From positions 80,727,187 through 80,791,186 of the forward strand of contig NC_057718.1 of the NCBI RefSeq assembly GCF_004010195.1: DNA of 64,000 nucleotides, given 5' to 3'. Below are positions 26,271-37,989 of the stretch, in pieces. The notes under the pieces were generated by a model that saw nothing but the letters and a program-made list of their open reading frames with translations, was not told the DNA's origin and made no database searches. The DNA is from Chiloscyllium plagiosum. Lineage: Eukaryota. Both the position numbers and the translations under genes were made by a program. Position 1 is the stretch's first letter. Every line of letters begins with the position of its first letter.

Positions 26271-27469
26271 TGATATTATACACTGACATGCAATTAGCTG
26301 CTATGTGTGCACCTGAGTGTTGACCACTTATCTGTCTCTGTAGGCTTGGGTAAGATGTCATCTCCTCCAGTTATTTGTGGATTGAAGCCACCATCTTCAG
26401 CAATAACCGTATACTTTGTGCCCATGTCACCAATTCTATCTGCCTTGCTTTTTACTCTCTCAAGATGAATAAATTTGTGTATAACATCAATGCCCTATTT
26501 GATCCTGAATTGAGTTTCAGCATTATAAAGACTGCCTACTTCTATTTTTGCACCATTATTTTATCCTCCATCTCTTCTTCAGCCCATCTGCTGCTTATGT
26601 ATTCTAGCAAGTCTCATCACGTGCCCTCACAAAGCTTGAGATTACAGTTAACTAGTGCCCAGTTCTGTTGAGGCAGAAAACATGTAAATGTCTTTTAATT
26701 TTAATCATTTTAGCATAGTGTGCGGCTGAGTGCAAGTCCTACTACTGACTCGCTGTCTCTCAAGATATCTTACCATATGGTGATTTCAGAATGTCGCCCC
26801 CACCCCCATGCAAAAGCTAGCCTTCCCTGTTAAATGGTGATTGCACTCTTCACACAGAAGCTGCGAATGACAGCCTGTAGAGAAAATGGCTACAAAAACA
26901 CCAAAGAGAGTAACAAAGCAAAGACAGAGGTCCAAAGATTTCTGTTACTGCAAGGGTGGTCATAATGCACAAAGTGAGATATGAAGAAGTAGCCAGGGGG
27001 CCATGTGCATACACTCAGTGAGAAATGGGAAAAGATAACCAGGAAGATTAATTCTAGATGATTTCCTGAAATCTGGCAGCAATTTAATGATGTTGCATGG
27101 TTAGTCAAGGCCAGTGAATCCATCATCATTATCATCACTCCACTAACCTCCCTCTTTGCTCAATGCACGACGCTTCCATCACTCACCTATCAGAATCAGT
27201 ACTCAAGTCTAAAATTCATATGCTATACATCACTTTCATACATATGCCAATGCTGCTAGCTTCATACTCACTTTTGTCTGCTTCCGCATAGTTCAAGCTA
27301 TTCAGCTATGTGAAGCAAATCATCTGAGAAAGATTGTAATACAATCATTGACATTCTTCTCATACGGGAAATATTGACACATAAAATCAGAAAACAGCAC
27401 AGAACTGAAGGGAACTGGCATAGTTGCATCACTTGAAACATTCTACCGCTTCACCATTTTCCTGCACTT

Positions 27470-28150
27470 ACCCTGTATCTTTTGATGCCTTGAATATTGA
27501 GAAATCTATCTCTCTCTTTAACATGCACAATGACTGACCCTCCACAGCCTCTGGAGTAGAGAAATCCAAAGATTCCCCATCCTCGAAACAATGAAAACCC
27601 TCCTCATCCTAATCCCAAATTTTTTTCTGGCCTTTATTCTGAAACTGTGTCCCCGATTCTAGACAGCGTCACCCCAGCCAGGGGAAACATCTCTCCTCCA
27701 TCTGCCCCTGTAAGAATTTTGTAGGTTTTAATGAGACTACCTCTCATTTTTCTAAATGTTATAGTATACAGGCCCAGTCTTCTTAATCTCTCCTTCTACA
27801 ACAGCCAGGAACTGGTGTGTTGAACTTTTCATTGTACTCCCTCTCTGATAACTATTTATGCTTGGGTATTGAGACCAGAATTATACACAGTACTCCAGAT
27901 GTGGTGTCACAAAGGTTCTTTCCAATTGCATAAAGACTTTATTCATGTACTTAATTCTGCCTACAATAAAGACCACATATCATTTGCTTTCCTAATTTCT
28001 TACTGCACTTGTATATTGGCTTTCAGTGGCCCATGAGCATCCGGTTCCTTTGGATATCAACATTTCCCAATCTCTCATTATTTAAGAAATAATCTTGATT
28101 TCTGTTTTTCTGACCAAAGTAGGTAACTTCAAACTTTTCCAGACTATAAT
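27470..28150 (-). mobile_element. Old CR1 3' fragment
   Basis: Resembles the CR1 3' regions at 5400-6100 and 39300-40050 (ccagaattatacacagtactccagatgtgg). Confidence 0.6.
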
Positions 28151-30334
28151 CCTTCTCTCCAGCTCAAATTATCATCTTTCCCATTTGAATCCTCCCTCAA
28201 GTTTCAGATTCTCATTATCACCTTCAAATCCCTGCATGATCTCTGATGTTCCCCAACAATACATTCCTGTGACCATATCCCAATTTACTGGTACAAGTCT
28301 GCTTCTTGTTCTTCATTCTACCATCTTGAATTTCTCAGTCTCAGCATTTCCATTTTGTCCTGCTCAATAGATTTAGCAACTTAGGAAACTAACGCTTGAG
28401 CAGATGTTTTCTTCATTCGTGTTGCATCATTTTATTATGAAATGCAGATTGGCAACAAGACTTTTTTCTTTGAATGTAATTTAAGTGTCAGACGCTACTA
28501 AATGTTCAGGCAAGCCACGAGTGAAATGAATTTCTATGGAATTCAAACAGAGAAGAATGCTGCAGACTGAGCTGCTAGCAAAGTAAGCTGGGAACGAAGT
28601 TAGTACTTTTAAAACACAAATAAGCTATGGAAAGTGAAGGAAGTGGAAAGCTTATATTCTTTAATCTTAACAATGGTAAGTTAAAGAATTATTGAAATTT
28701 TTAAAATAAAAATTAATAAATGAAACATAATTAGCAACTTTCAATATATGAAAAACAGTAAATACGTTGAAAATAAAAAAAAGAGAAGAAAATGTTAATT
28801 CAATTAAATACGTTAGAAGTACCAAAAAAAATTGTATTCATCTGATAACCGACATTCATTATTCAGGAACCAGAAAATAGCTAATGTACAATAAATAGAA
28901 AAAGAGTTTCATGTATGAATGCATGTAGCATCAGAAAAAAAATGCATTGGAAGCGCAAACTCAACTTAAAAGATGTAACATGTTGCTAAAAGCTGGGAAA
29001 GAATGGTGGCAAAATATTCCTGGTTGTAGGATCACGAGAATATACTGTGAAGGTGGGAATGAAGAAAGTGTGGCAATTTTGATTACAAATATAACCACAA
29101 CAGTGAAGAGAAAGAACTTCAGTAAGTATGAATAATCTTTGGAAGTGGAAGAACAAGAGAACAGCAAAAATAAGTTAAGACAATGTTTGATGTTTTCAAC
29201 AGACCTCCAGTCACTCATTCAATGAACTAGTGGGTAAATGTATAAACTAGACATCATAGAAGCATGTATCAGAAACAAAGCAACTATTATTGGAGATTTT
29301 AATTTTCACATAGATTGGAGAAGTTAAACAACTCAAGTAATGAAGGCGATTAATTTCTAGAATGTACAGTGGACAATGGGTTAAAATGTGAGAAAGTCTG
29401 GTGCTTGGGCACAGGGGCCATCATTCATGACCTGACTGTGCTAATTGAATTTGAATCAAATTCTTTCAAAATTAGACTGAATGAAGCAACTCAAAACTAT
29501 CATTGCAATATGAATTATTGCAGAGTAAACCCATGATTTTAGAGTGTCGGATGTGAATTTGGAGGCATTAGTGATACAGGTGGGGAAGAGGATAGTAGCC
29601 TTGTTTTCATTGGGAACCATGAGAACCTCAAGCAAAATGATACATAATAGAACAGCAGAGAGAAGGACTGGTAGAGGAATAAAGGAACGAGGGAGGAATT
29701 CTTGTCCTTAACATGGGCTACATACAACAGGGTTCGTTATATCACATGTTGCCGAGAACACTAAAGATGATGCTATGTCCCTACCTATGCCTTTAGCAAC
29801 TTCCTGCAAGTCATTCATCCTTCTATGTGACATGATGTTGGCATGGCCATTGACGTCTTCTTTCCCCTCTTCAGTCACACCAACCTTCACCTTCTGAGTT
29901 ACTGCTTTCACACACCCAAAACTTGCAATATTATTAAAGAGCATCTTGGAATCAGGTTCCAACTTGCAGAGAGGGCTCTTGTGGTGCAATGGTAATGCCT
30001 ATACCTTTGAGCTGGAAGGCCTAAGTTAAAGTGCTACCTGTTCCAGAGGTCTGGAATAATATCTCTAAGCACATTGATTTTAAAATATTTCCAACTGGCG
30101 AGGGTATGACATCGTACTTACCCTCTCCACAGCCTCTGTACCTTTCTCCTGTCATCCTGCAGACTGAGACATACTGGCACTTCTGCACTATTGCTGCCTT
30201 TTACATGGACAGGTCACTTACTCCTCTGCCTCCCCTGTGAAGATGCAATAATACTCTGACAAATCAAGACACCTCTGAGGTACTTCATAATGGGGAATGG
30301 TTACAAGATTAAAATTAGAAAATACACATTTTAC

Positions 30335-31160
30335 TTCCAGTAAGATGGGGATGAAGTAGGGCTTCTGAAGGTGGGATCATCCACTCTATCCACTTGTCTT
30401 CTTGTTTCTTCCTTTTTTTCTCTCTGCTCTCTTTTTTTTCTCTTCTAATTTATTTTACTAACCTCTTGGTGAAGTGCTCAGTTACGGCAATTGCATCAGC
30501 AGCAGCAAGTGAGCCTAGCAGTGTGGACTCATTGGTGTGGCTTTGGGTTCCTGGTGGTGTCTGCTTCATGGAGGTGCTGGTAGAGGTGAATTTGGGCCTA
30601 GTACTAGAGTCAGTTATATCAGCAACGGCTGCATTGGCGAGGTGGGCCCAAAGTGAACTCATGGCATCAGTGAACTCAAATCTGGACAGTACCCAGTGGC
30701 ATGTGCATTGGCAAGGTCAAGCAAGGATTCATCGTAGTGAGGGCGTCAGTGGAGGCAAGATGGCACTGAAAAATTGCAACTTTTGTTGTGGTGGCAATGG
30801 CATGGCGAAGGGGACTTGTGCCTGGCCACCAGCCCCATGGGGAGAAAGTGAGGTCTGCAGATGCTGGAGATCAGAGCTGAAAATGGGTTGCTGGAAAAGC
30901 GCAGCAGGTCAGGCAGCATCCAGGGAACAGGAGAATCGACGTTTCGGGCATAAGCCCTTCTTCACCAGCCCCATGGCACATGATGGAGTATTTGACAAGA
31001 AGGACTGTAAAATTGGACTTTTTTTTATTTCTTCATTTTTCTGCCTTAAATTCTATGTTTTGGTTTATTTTCTGCGACAAACTACAGGACACCGTACAGT
31101 ATAAAAATTTCTACTGTATTTTGTAACAAGATACACATGGCAATAAATAAATCAAATAAA
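30335..31160 (+). mobile_element. Non-coding ~700-bp interspersed repeat, probably a non-autonomous non-LTR element, copy 1
   Basis: Colinear with the reverse complement of 44255-45008. Starts CTTCCAGTAAGATGG and ends caataaataaatcaaat. Confidence 0.6.
30841..30964 (-). mobile_element. Solo ~124-bp Penelope pLTR insertion truncated inside the hammerhead core
   Basis: TSD CACCAGCCCCATGG at 30827-30840 and 30963-30976. Minus strand TGAAGAAGGGCTTATGCCCGAAACGTCGA. Confidence 0.85.
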
Positions 31161-31501
31161 TGGCCAAGTGTTATAACTACTTAAGTAATATTCGTGTATG
31201 GCCCATTTTTCAGCTTGATGCTTTATTTTTGCCTGAGTGAACAATACCTTGTTTTCTGTATATTCATTGTCTAAATTTGCGATCTCAATGTTACTTTAGT
31301 CAATATAACAGCGTCTGATGTAAGCAGGTAATGCACCTTTTTCTCAATAGACCAGTTCATAGGACATAATGAAAGTATCATGGGTCTCATGAAATGGTGC
31401 AAATATATACATTAAATTTGAACCCATAATGTCAAAGATTATTGATGAGGAAAGAACTAGAATCATGTAACAATCTAGCTACAAACAGTGATTATAATAT
31501 C

Positions 31502-31740
31502 GAGTCATAGAGCTGTATAGCATGGAAACAGACCCTTCGGTCCAACCCATCCATGCTGACCGGATATCCCAACTCAATCTAGTCCCACCTGTCAGCACCC
31601 AGCCCATATCCCTCCAAACCCTTCCTATTCATATACCCATCCAAATGCCTCTTAAATGTTGCAATTGTACCAGCCTCCACCACTTCCTCTGGCAGCTCAT
31701 TCCATACATGTACCACCCTCTGCGTGAAAAAGTTGCCCCT
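31502..31740 (-). mobile_element. Young CR1/HER1 3' end
   Basis: Close reverse complement of ~37700-37939. Confidence 0.9.
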
Positions 31741-32584
31741 TATTGGTGGTAGATCTGAGCAGAAGAAGTAATAGTCACAACCAAGGTTTTAAATTTCATT
31801 AAAACAACCTTCAAAAAGATGGAAATCAAACCTTAATGAATTGAATGCCATTGTTATTGTGGTGCTTTCAAAACAACACTGGAATGCATTCAAAGAGGTA
31901 TTTGATAAAATACTGAAATGGCACAGTGACTAAAAGGCAAAGTTTCCACTTGTGTATTTGAACAATAATGCTCAATAAATGGGGAAAGAGGTAGTATCAA
32001 GTTTGTTCTGACTGGGATGGGAGGAGAGCACTGTCTTCCTCCAGTTCCACTATTCATTGGGCCTCAAAATGAATGTAATTGTTTCACCTGGTTCCTGATA
32101 TGACCAATTATGTGCTTTCTTTTTATTAGACTTAAAAGAATAAGATCCATCACACATTTCTTTAATAACACAAAATTAAGGATTTATTGTAAGACAAGGT
32201 TTACTGAATGATCATGCAAAACTGATCAACACACTAAGTTTGTAATATGATAATAAATGGTTACCCATCTTAATAACCCAAATACACACGCACTAGTTGA
32301 AAGGAAAAAAATGGATCTTTCTCTATACAAGAATTCACTTTGAGTTAAAAAACACTTTTGGGCAATTAGTCTTTGTTCTTGAAGACAAAAAGAATAAGAT
32401 TTGAAATGTTTATATGGCAATTAGTCCAATGTTCTGACATCTTTAAATAGGTGTCTATAAATATATATAGATCGCTCTGAGCTCTTTGCACATGCAGCTT
32501 AACAGGAAAAACAGAATTGACACTCTTCTCAAAGACAATAAGGTTTCAGATTGGTTTCACAGCAAAGGTTTTTCCAGAACTGTA

Positions 32585-32800
32585 GACCTGAAATAGGAAA
32601 TAAAAACAGAAAATGCTGGATAAACTCTGGCTGCATCTGGGAGAAAGAAACAATTAATATTTTGAATCTCATCATTCTTTTCGGTTCTTGAAGTTGAAAG
32701 GTTAACTCTGTTTCTCACTTCATATTGCCATACCTGTTGAGTTTCTCTAGCTTTTTCTATTTTTATTCTCAATTTCCAGCAGCTGCAGTTTTATGTTGTT
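32585..32800. mobile_element. Old fold-back Penelope pLTR element
   Basis: Inverted arms aaaacagaaaatgctggataaactc ... gagtttctctagctttttctattttt. Confidence 0.6.
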
Positions 32801-32839
32801 TTTATCTGAGCTGAAATGAGAAGCTTCCTTCTTTCAAGA

Positions 32840-33370
32840 CAAAAATAACTGCAGATAATGGAATCCAAGATAGATAATCAGGAGGCTGGAAGAACACAGC
32901 AAGCCAGGCAGCATCACGAGGTGCAGAAGTTGACGTTTCAGAAGTAACCCTTCTTCAGAACTGGGGATGGGTGTAAGGAGAGCTGCAGGTAAAAAGGCTT
33001 GCTGGGACAGGGTGGTGGTGGGGCTAGGTGAAGACAGGTAGAGGGTACGACCTGGTTGGTCAATAGGAGGAATGACTTCAATAGGTAGCTGGGAGGAGTG
33101 GAAAGGTGGGGGAGGGGGAGGGGGAGGGGCTGTGAAGGGAGTTGAGAAATGGGAGGGAGATTATTTGAAATTGGAGAACTCAATATTGAGTCCTCCAGGC
33201 TGTAGCCTGCCCAGACAGAAGATGAGGTGTTTTTCCTCCAAGTTGCGGTTTGGTGTGTTGTGGCAATGGAAGAGGTCAAGGATGGTCATGTCAGAAAGGG
33301 AGTGGGAAGGAGAATTAAAATGGGCGGTGACTGGGAGGTCCGGTCGCCACCAGTACGCCTGGCTTTCAGC
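32840..33370 (-). mobile_element. Penelope-like element 3' part: GIY-YIG endonuclease C-terminus plus pLTR with hammerhead motif (32928-32962)
   Basis: ORF 33161-33345 reads PDLPVTAHFNSPSHSLSDMTILDLFHCHN..EEKHLIFCLGRLQPGGLNIEFSNFK*. Downstream AGUU-CUGAAGA-A-GGG(UUACU)UCU-GAAA-CGUC-AACU. Confidence 0.85.
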
Positions 33371-33879
33371 AATCTTTCTAAACTGAAAATGCAAAGCCAT
33401 CTCCAAATCTGCAAAATAATGTTCAAACAGAATGCCATAAATCAAATAATAAAAATAGTCAGGTATTTTCCCTGAAGTCGAGTTCAACCAACCAGGACCA
33501 GCAGCTATCTGTAGTCATGTGCTTTCAAAGAAATGGCTTGTTAAAAAGTTCCAACATCTCTTTTCATTTGCCTTTAACAAAAAAAAATTGAGGTATCTCT
33601 ACAATCTTTCAAACTCAAGTGCACCAAATTACTAAATATCATAAAAAGACAGATATGAATTCAGTAGTTTGAGGTAGCAACATGTTCAAACAAAGAAAAT
33701 AATAAGCATGAATAAAGAATATAAACATACTGGAAAAGTCATCACATACGATATTGAAAGTTTTTATGAATATATTTGAGAAAGAGAATGGCAAGGTAAA
33801 ATATGGATGCATATAAATAAATAGATAAGACCATGGTAGAAAAGTTCAATATAGGGAAGAGTTCACAACAAAATATTTC

Positions 33880-34620
33880 TGTTAAATGTGAAAGATTACA
33901 AATTGTGGAAAAGCAAAAGAATCTGAATCGGGACATACAAACATCATTTAGAGCTATCGCACAGCTACAAAATATAATCACTAAATCTACATGAGCATTG
34001 GTCTTTAAACCAAAGATAAATCAAAGATATTCTGTGCTCCATGTATAAAACAAAGTAAAATAAAACAAAGAGGTGTGGTTGGTGGAGATCTGAAATAAAA
34101 ACAGAAATTTCTGGATAAACTCAGCAGGTCTAGCAGTATCTGTAGAGAGACAGCAGAGTTAACGTTTTGAGTCCAGTAATACTTCTTAAGATTCTTCAGA
34201 TTCTCTTGGCTGATGATACCAGACCTGATGAGTTTCTCCAGCAATTTCTGTTTTTGCTCCAGGTATTCAATGTTGGGTACAACACCTTAGAAAGAATATT
34301 ATTGTTTTTGTGGGAGTTTGAACAAAAATAAGAGGTTAAGAGGCGTAAGAGGTGAAATTATGTGAACAGATTGCAAGAATGTGGCTTGCATCCCCTTTAT
34401 TATAGGAAATTGAGGGATGATTTAACTATGGTGTTTCAAGTTATCAAGGGATTTGATAAAGTAGAAAATGAAATTCCTTTTCTGGTGAATCAGAACAAAT
34501 GGGCAAAACTTAAATAAGTTGAGTAAATTAGAGCTTGATGTCAACGAACTTTGACCAAATTGAATGATGAAAGAGGTTTGCGAGGCTGAATAGCCTACTC
34601 TTGTTCTAATGTTCCACTTC
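33880..34620 (+). mobile_element. Old CR1 3' fragment carrying a fold-back pLTR insertion (~34070-34258)
   Basis: CR1-like RT end and 3' UTR. Inserted arms aaaacagaaatttctggataaactcagcaggtct / agacctgatgagtttctccagcaatttctgtttt. Confidence 0.55.
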
Positions 34621-35019
34621 ATAGCAATATTCAGTGTTTTAAATTCAGGTTCAAAATGTATCAGCAATGACTCTTTGTTAATAGATGTGTCACTGTGTAA
34701 CAATTAGCCAATAGCAAGTCTGTTGGTTGAGCAGTTTAGCAAAAGGTTAATAATTAGAGATTTCCATTGAAACTATAACATCAGCCAGGATTTAATGCAG
34801 GGTCTCATTCAATGTTGGAGAACCAGTCGGAGTCCAGTTCTCTGGAAAGCATTCCAATCAATTATTTACCTCATGATTCGGAGATGCCGGTATTGGACAA
34901 TTATTTACCTGGCAGTGTTAGGCCTTTTATCCAATTAGGCATAAGGAAATACCACTCCTAAGGGCTACTGGCCAATTGGCAGCCTTCCAGTACAGATGAA
35001 CACTGTACTGGAAGTTTAG

Positions 35020-35515
35020 TCCATTTATTTAAGGAAGGATGTAAATGCATTAGAGTCGGTTCAGAGAAGGTTTACCAGACTACAGTCTGGAATGAATGGG
35101 TTGTCATATGAGGATAAATTGGAAAAGCTAGGCTTGTTTCCATTGGAGTTTAAAAAAGTGAGGGATAACTTGATTGAAGTAGGTAAGATTCTGAATGATC
35201 TTCACAAGATGGAAGTGGAAAGAATGTTTTCTCTTGTGCATCAGTCCAAAGCTTGGAGACACAGTTTTAAAATTAGGGGTTTCACTTTCAGGACAGAGAT
35301 GGAAGATTTTTTTTTCTTTCAGAGGGTTATACAACTTTGGAACTCTCTGGCTCAGAAAGTGATAGATTTTTGTTCAGCAGGGAATCACTGGTTATCAAGA
35401 GTGGACAGTAATGTAGAATTCAAAATACAAACAGATCAGCCATGATCTTACTGAATGGTGGGGCAGGCTTGAGGAGCCAAAATAGTCTACTTCTCTTATT
35501 TCACATATTCTCATC
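35020..35515 (+). mobile_element. CR1 3' fragment
   Basis: ORF GLSYEDKLEKLGLFPLE..FFFQRVIQLWNSL. Confidence 0.8.
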
Positions 35516-36102
35516 ACCACTGGAAGCAGTGGCGACTGCCAATACTACGCTGGGTCTTTCAGTAAGGCTGAACAATGGATTCCACGTTTTGGCAGGATGA
35601 GGATCATGGTTGGGAGATGACACTGAAGACAAGAACAGGGGTTGCGTCCTGCCTGAGGTGGCCTTCATGACAGCAGTTTTATTGATCTCATGATTTTATA
35701 TAGAGTACTCATAAATGAGGTACCCCTGATTAAATGCTAGAAAATCTGACAGCGTTTGCTGGATAGCTTGTTCAGATGATGTCCCCTGCCACTGCTGCTG
35801 AATGATATAATCATGGAATGAAGTCTTGAAGTGACCTTTAAGTTGGAGATCTCATTTTGCTCGACTTGATCTCCACCTTATGCCCTTTCATCCAATAAAA
35901 CAGCAATTCCCACTAACTAGAACTTGCTGAACAAGATCATTAAATTCCACTCACCACTTAGTTTTGTTTTAAAGCAGTACTGGAACAAATGTACTGGAAC
36001 AAAAGCAGTACTGGAACAAAAACAGTTCCTGAAATTAAAAGTTTTATCAGTCTTATTTATTGTTATAAAAAACATATTTAAGGTTTCATTGTTTTCTTTC
36101 AG

Positions 36103-36274
36103 GTGGAGATTGAGAAATTAGACTATCATCATTATCTGCCTCTGTTCTTTGATGGTCTCTGTGATACAGCACACCCATATGACTTCTTTGCACGGCAGGG
36201 GATACATGACATGCTAGAACATGGTGGCATGAAGATTCTTCCAGTTATCCCTCAGCTAATCATCCCAATAAAAA
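36103..36274 (+). CDS. PACRG: PACRG (Parkin co-regulated gene) internal coding exon, 172 nt, probably equivalent to human exon 3
   Basis: Acceptor ttttctttcAG at 36101-36102 and donor GTaagg at 36275. Translates [57 protein letters not shown], which I recognise as vertebrate PACRG. Ends in phase 1. Confidence 0.97.
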
Positions 36275-36984
36275 GTAAGGTTTTGAATTTTAGAATTTTA
36301 CATTTCCCTCTTGTTAATGGCACAGTATCGTTTTATGGATCGTCAAAAATTAGAGAAAAGGCTGCTTGGTGCAGCATGTGGGTACTGATCATTTGAGCTA
36401 GTTATGCCAGTATGAATGAAAGTTTTAAAATAGTATTCTTCCAAAAAATCAAAACTTTTCGTGTCAAGATCCAATATATTATACTGAATTTACATTTGGA
36501 CACAGATTTAATAACTGCAGTTAAAAATACAGCTCTGATCGTACTTGTTTATTTCTTTCAATTTATTCCCAAATTTATACACTTCCCAAACTGAAAAGGT
36601 ATGACCCTGACTGCCTCCAATTCCCCAATGTTACTGCCCACTAGATGGTATGCAAGAGCAACCAGGATTAACTTGCACATTAATTATGCCACTCTGAATA
36701 TTGGAACGGCAGAGGGCTAAATCATATGATGTTTCAGTTAAATGTAATTTTCTATGAGTTTCATGGAGGTGTTCTCCTCATGAGGCCTAGCAAGTTTTTT
36801 GACATTTTCATCCCAATAATATCTCTTTAGTAACTAATCACACCCTTATGATATCCATCTCATCCAATGTGAGTCCAACTCTCCCACTAATTGTAGTTGG
36901 AAGTATTCATTACGTTGCATATCCCAGGATATACTGATGTACCTTGCTTCAGTGCCATTTTTAAAATACTCTGACATGTCTAGT

Positions 36985-37939
36985 TGATTTGGATGTGAGC
37001 ATAGGAGGTACAGTTAGTAACTTTGCAGATGACACCAAAATTGGAGGTGTAGTGGACAACAAAGAGGATTACCTCAGATTACAACAAAATCTTGACCAGA
37101 TGGGTCAATGGGCTGAGAAGTGGCAGATGGAGTTCAATTCAGATAAATGCAAGGTGCTGCATTTTGGGAAAGCAAATCTTAGCAGGACTTATACACTTAA
37201 TGGTAAGGTCCTAGGGAGTGTTGCTGAACAAAGAGACCTTGGAGTGCAGGTTCATAGCGCCTTGAAAGTGGAGTTGCAGGTAGATAGAATAGTGAAGAAG
37301 GCGTTTGGTATGCTTTCCCTTATTGGTCAGAGTATTGAGTACAGGAGTTGGGAGGTCATGTTGCGGCTGTACAGGACATTGGTTAGGCCACTGTTGGAAT
37401 ATGTGCAATTCTGGTCTCCTTCCTATCAGAAAGATGTTGTGAAACTTGAAAGGGTTCAAAAAAAGATTTACAAGGATGTTGCCAAGGTTGGAGGATTTGA
37501 GCTATAGGGAGAGGCTGACCAGGCTGGGGCTGTTTTCCCTAGAGTGTCGGAGGCTGAGGGGTGACCTTGTAGAGGTTTACAAAATTATGAGGGGCATGGA
37601 TAGGATAAATAGGCAAAGTCTTTTCCTTGGGGTTGGGGAGTCCAGAACTAGATTTCCATAGGTTTAGGGTGAGAGGGGAAAGATATAAAAAAGACCTACA
37701 GGGCAACTTTTTCACACAAAGTGTGGTGCATGTATGGAATGAGCTGCCAGAGGAAGTGGTGGAGGCTGGTATAATTACAACATTTAAGAGGCATTTGGAT
37801 GGGTATATGAATAGGAAGGGTTTGGAGGGATATGGGCCGGGTGCTAGCAGGTGGGACTAGATTGGGTTGGGATATCTGGTCGGCATGGACGGGTTGGACC
37901 GAAGGGTCTGTTTCCGTGCTGTAATCTCTATGACTCTAT
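36985..37939 (+). mobile_element. Young 5'-truncated CR1/HER1 LINE
   Basis: ORFs NFADDTKIGGVVD..WQMEFNSDKCKVLHFG and VWNELPEEVVEAG. Tail ctctatgactctata. Confidence 0.92.
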
Positions 37940-37989
37940 AAGTGCTGGCATCCAGAGCCACTCTACACAAAGGGACACATTAGTCTTGG

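Noticed and set aside
30394..31104. 236-aa ORF as a novel gene
   Set aside because: It runs across a non-coding repeat and an antisense pLTR insertion, and the frame is not kept in the paralogous copy.
31965..33660. Possible solo LTR hosting the two Penelope insertions (similar case at ~60205-60960)
   Set aside because: LTR-like feel only; termini and TSD could not be fixed.
36275..36396. Continuation of the 97-aa ORF beyond IIPIK
   Set aside because: PACRG similarity stops at a canonical GT donor at 36275; the rest is intron read-through.
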